The translations under genes and the position numbers were made by a program. DNA of 62,806 nucleotides, filler included, from Sphacelaria rigidula (Eukaryota): NCBI GenBank assembly GCA_964200075.2. It is 7 parts of 7 records of this genome, joined end to end, with 100 filler letters (N's around TTAATTAATTAA, not from the genome) between each part and the next. Parts side by side here need not be neighbours in the genome. Positions count along the whole stretch, not along the records: positions 53,922 to 62,806 come from CAXNAA020009838.1; 6 more parts are not named here. One strand, given 5' to 3'. Below, piece by piece: positions 61,006 through 62,806 of this stretch; position 1 is the stretch's first letter, and each line of letters opens with the position of its first letter. Under the pieces are notes generated by a model. The model was given only the letters and a program-made list of their open reading frames with translations. It did no database searches and had not been told where the DNA came from.

Positions 61006-62168
61006 TCGCATGAGATTCTGGTATAAACCACCCCAAGAATTGCGCCCAACCCGGCACTTGTTGGGTGACACCGCTGCGTCCCCGTCGTCCAACTGATACA
61101 CGATCCTCCAATTGCGCAAGTCACGAGTTCGAATCCCGGCACGACCATTTCCCCTCCATAGTCTGGCAGATTTGTTTTTTCCAACTGTAGTGAGAAAAAA
61201 TTATCCCCATCGAGGATTTGATCGAGGAAAAGTGCTGCAGACTAGTCCCAGTTGGATGCTCGAGCCTATGCTCGTTGTATGTCACAATCGGCTCCGAAGT
61301 CCTCTCCCATGATGCCGCTGCTGACAAGCGTGATGTCATCTCGCAGCATTCCCAGTGCAGTCTTGACTGTGTGTCAAAGTTGGCTTACGTAATTCCGCCG
61401 CATTTCCTGAAAAAACTCAGAACACGCTCACCTCACTCCACGATATGGGACGCACCCGGTACTCATCGCAGTACAAACACGTCATCGCTAAAACTGCGCC
61501 AATCGACCAGCGGAAGGGCGGTGTGCTACCAGCTTGGTCTGTAGTTGACAGAAATATGCTCAAGTCGAGTTAATTTGGGAAAATTGAGAAGTCTAACCCC
61601 AACTCACCGCGAGTAGATGGGTCGCCTGACACTCTGTTTTTCGCGGAATACCCCTCGCCCCCCTTTTACCTCATCATCAACGGCGTTTACTCTACGGCAT
61701 TTTTATTGCGATAGTCCAATCTACTACTCTTCTCAAATATTGGGTAAAGTTGGGCACGATTGCATTGATATACCCAACATCTGAGTAGTCTTGAATGCGA
61801 TTTTTCAAAATACCTAAATGTAGGAAGTACTCCACCCGGCACACCCTTCGAGAATTCCTACAATACTCGTCACCCCGCAGAAGTACGTCCGCCTGCAATG
61901 CTCAACTAGGGTTGATTGCGGTCTCGCGCTTTTGCCACCTGATTTTTCAGCAAATTAGTTTTTGGTTTTCGTTCTTACTCTCCCACATTTTGTCAGTGAT
62001 GAGTGTTTCGTCACTTCACCCCCCCCCCCCCCCCCCCGCCCCGCTCCCCCCTCGCTTTTTCGTCACAGCGGCAACGTCTGGGGTCAGTATGAAGAAAACG
62101 TGGTGGCACCGATCGAGAGCAGAGCGACCTGCGGCTACCCAGAGTACAATACCGGCCGAAGATCATGA
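58254..62168 (+). CDS. WSC-domain + CAP (SCP/PR-1/Tpx-1) domain protein; 5 exons through the stop, first exon not identified
   Basis: Exons ~58254-58441, 59241-59528, 59998-60157, 60499-60652, 62069-62168, all GT-AG and in phase. WSC: YESCFKD..CRTHC..YYATQ|YGNECWCG..CNMACAG..PCGG (8 Cys). CAP: HNAVRCIHG, LVHS, WGENLY, GHATQIVWKGT..VGCA, VCNYDPAGN. Confidence 0.92.
60969..61040 (-). repeat. (ATTG)n microsatellite tail with adjacent sequence, possibly a retroposon 3' end
   Basis: About 7 copies of AATC on the plus strand. Confidence 0.7.
61059..61150 (+). mobile_element. tRNA-derived SINE head
   Basis: GGTGACACCGCTGCGTCCCCGTCGTCCAACTG...GAGTTCGAATCCCGGC (B box at 61125-61136). Confidence 0.55.
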
Positions 62169-62806
62169 TGCGGTTGCGACGACATAGTGGCGACAAAGGC
62201 GTCGGAAATGGACGATGCTTCCTTATACTTCATATATATACTCTTCGTCACTGGACCAGATCAATACTTGTACCGACCACTCGAATGCGGGTCTAGCTGG
62301 GAGCATAGAAATTCTCTCTCTGTATCTTTTCTGCGATACTACTGCAGCGGCGACAAACCTCAACAAGCGACGTCGTTACTGTGATTTTTTAGCTAGTCAG
62401 TAAATATTGAAAAATTAGTCTATGCGGATAGTACACGAGAGGTGAGGTATTAATCCCATCATCAGCTATAGCGGCTAGGAGGAGGACTTTTTTCCTGGTT
62501 CCGCGTTTCAGTGGGATTGTGCGTAGTGATGGGTCGTATTTTTATTCTACGCTTCTCTTTTGTTCCCGAGATACAGGAGTCTACCCGTTTCCATTTTTGT
62601 TACTCGGGGGCTTTGTGTTTTCTTCCTGATGAATGTGCAGTTTTTCGTCGGGTACAGTGCACATTTTCAAGTGTATATAGTATACATGCGGAAAATAGAA
62701 ATCGGCTGTATATTAGTCAGTAGATCTATTTTGGGATTGGTCTCTGTTCTATGCGACCGTTTCGAAGTCGGCTCACTCGCTGTTACTACTTCATGTATAC
62801 ACCAGT

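Overview
This is eukaryotic DNA, most likely from a brown alga (Phaeophyceae, Ectocarpus-like). That assignment is inferred from the long GT-AG introns, the WSC-domain gene and the repeat types. The window is not one locus. It is seven unrelated, size-sorted contigs of 8885-8888 bp (1-8888, 8989-17876, 17977-26863, 26964-35850, 35951-44836, 44937-53821, 53922-62806) joined by an artificial 100-bp linker (44N-TTAATTAATTAA-44N). Most short ORFs in the supplied track are noise, and the real genes are spliced. Reconstructed by hand: a complete 5-exon AIM24-family gene; the last exons of a Serinc-like gene; tRNA-Thr(UGU); exon 1 of a mitochondrial enoyl-CoA hydratase; part of an ankyrin-repeat gene; a KOW-like-motif gene head-to-head with a DIS3L2-like gene; a low-complexity gene; and a WSC+CAP(SCP/PR-1) fusion gene. 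Mobile DNA includes a deleted Copia element, a hAT remnant, piggyBac-, Tourist- and mariner-like non-autonomous elements, a 4-copy MITE family, tRNA-derived SINE heads and a ~63-bp minisatellite. The most interesting item is contig 3, a decayed Academ-like (transposase + XPG/PIN-like) DNA transposon. Its Cys-rich N-terminal ~555 codons remain open with in-phase splice sites, which suggests possible domestication. All calls were made by eye without database searches.
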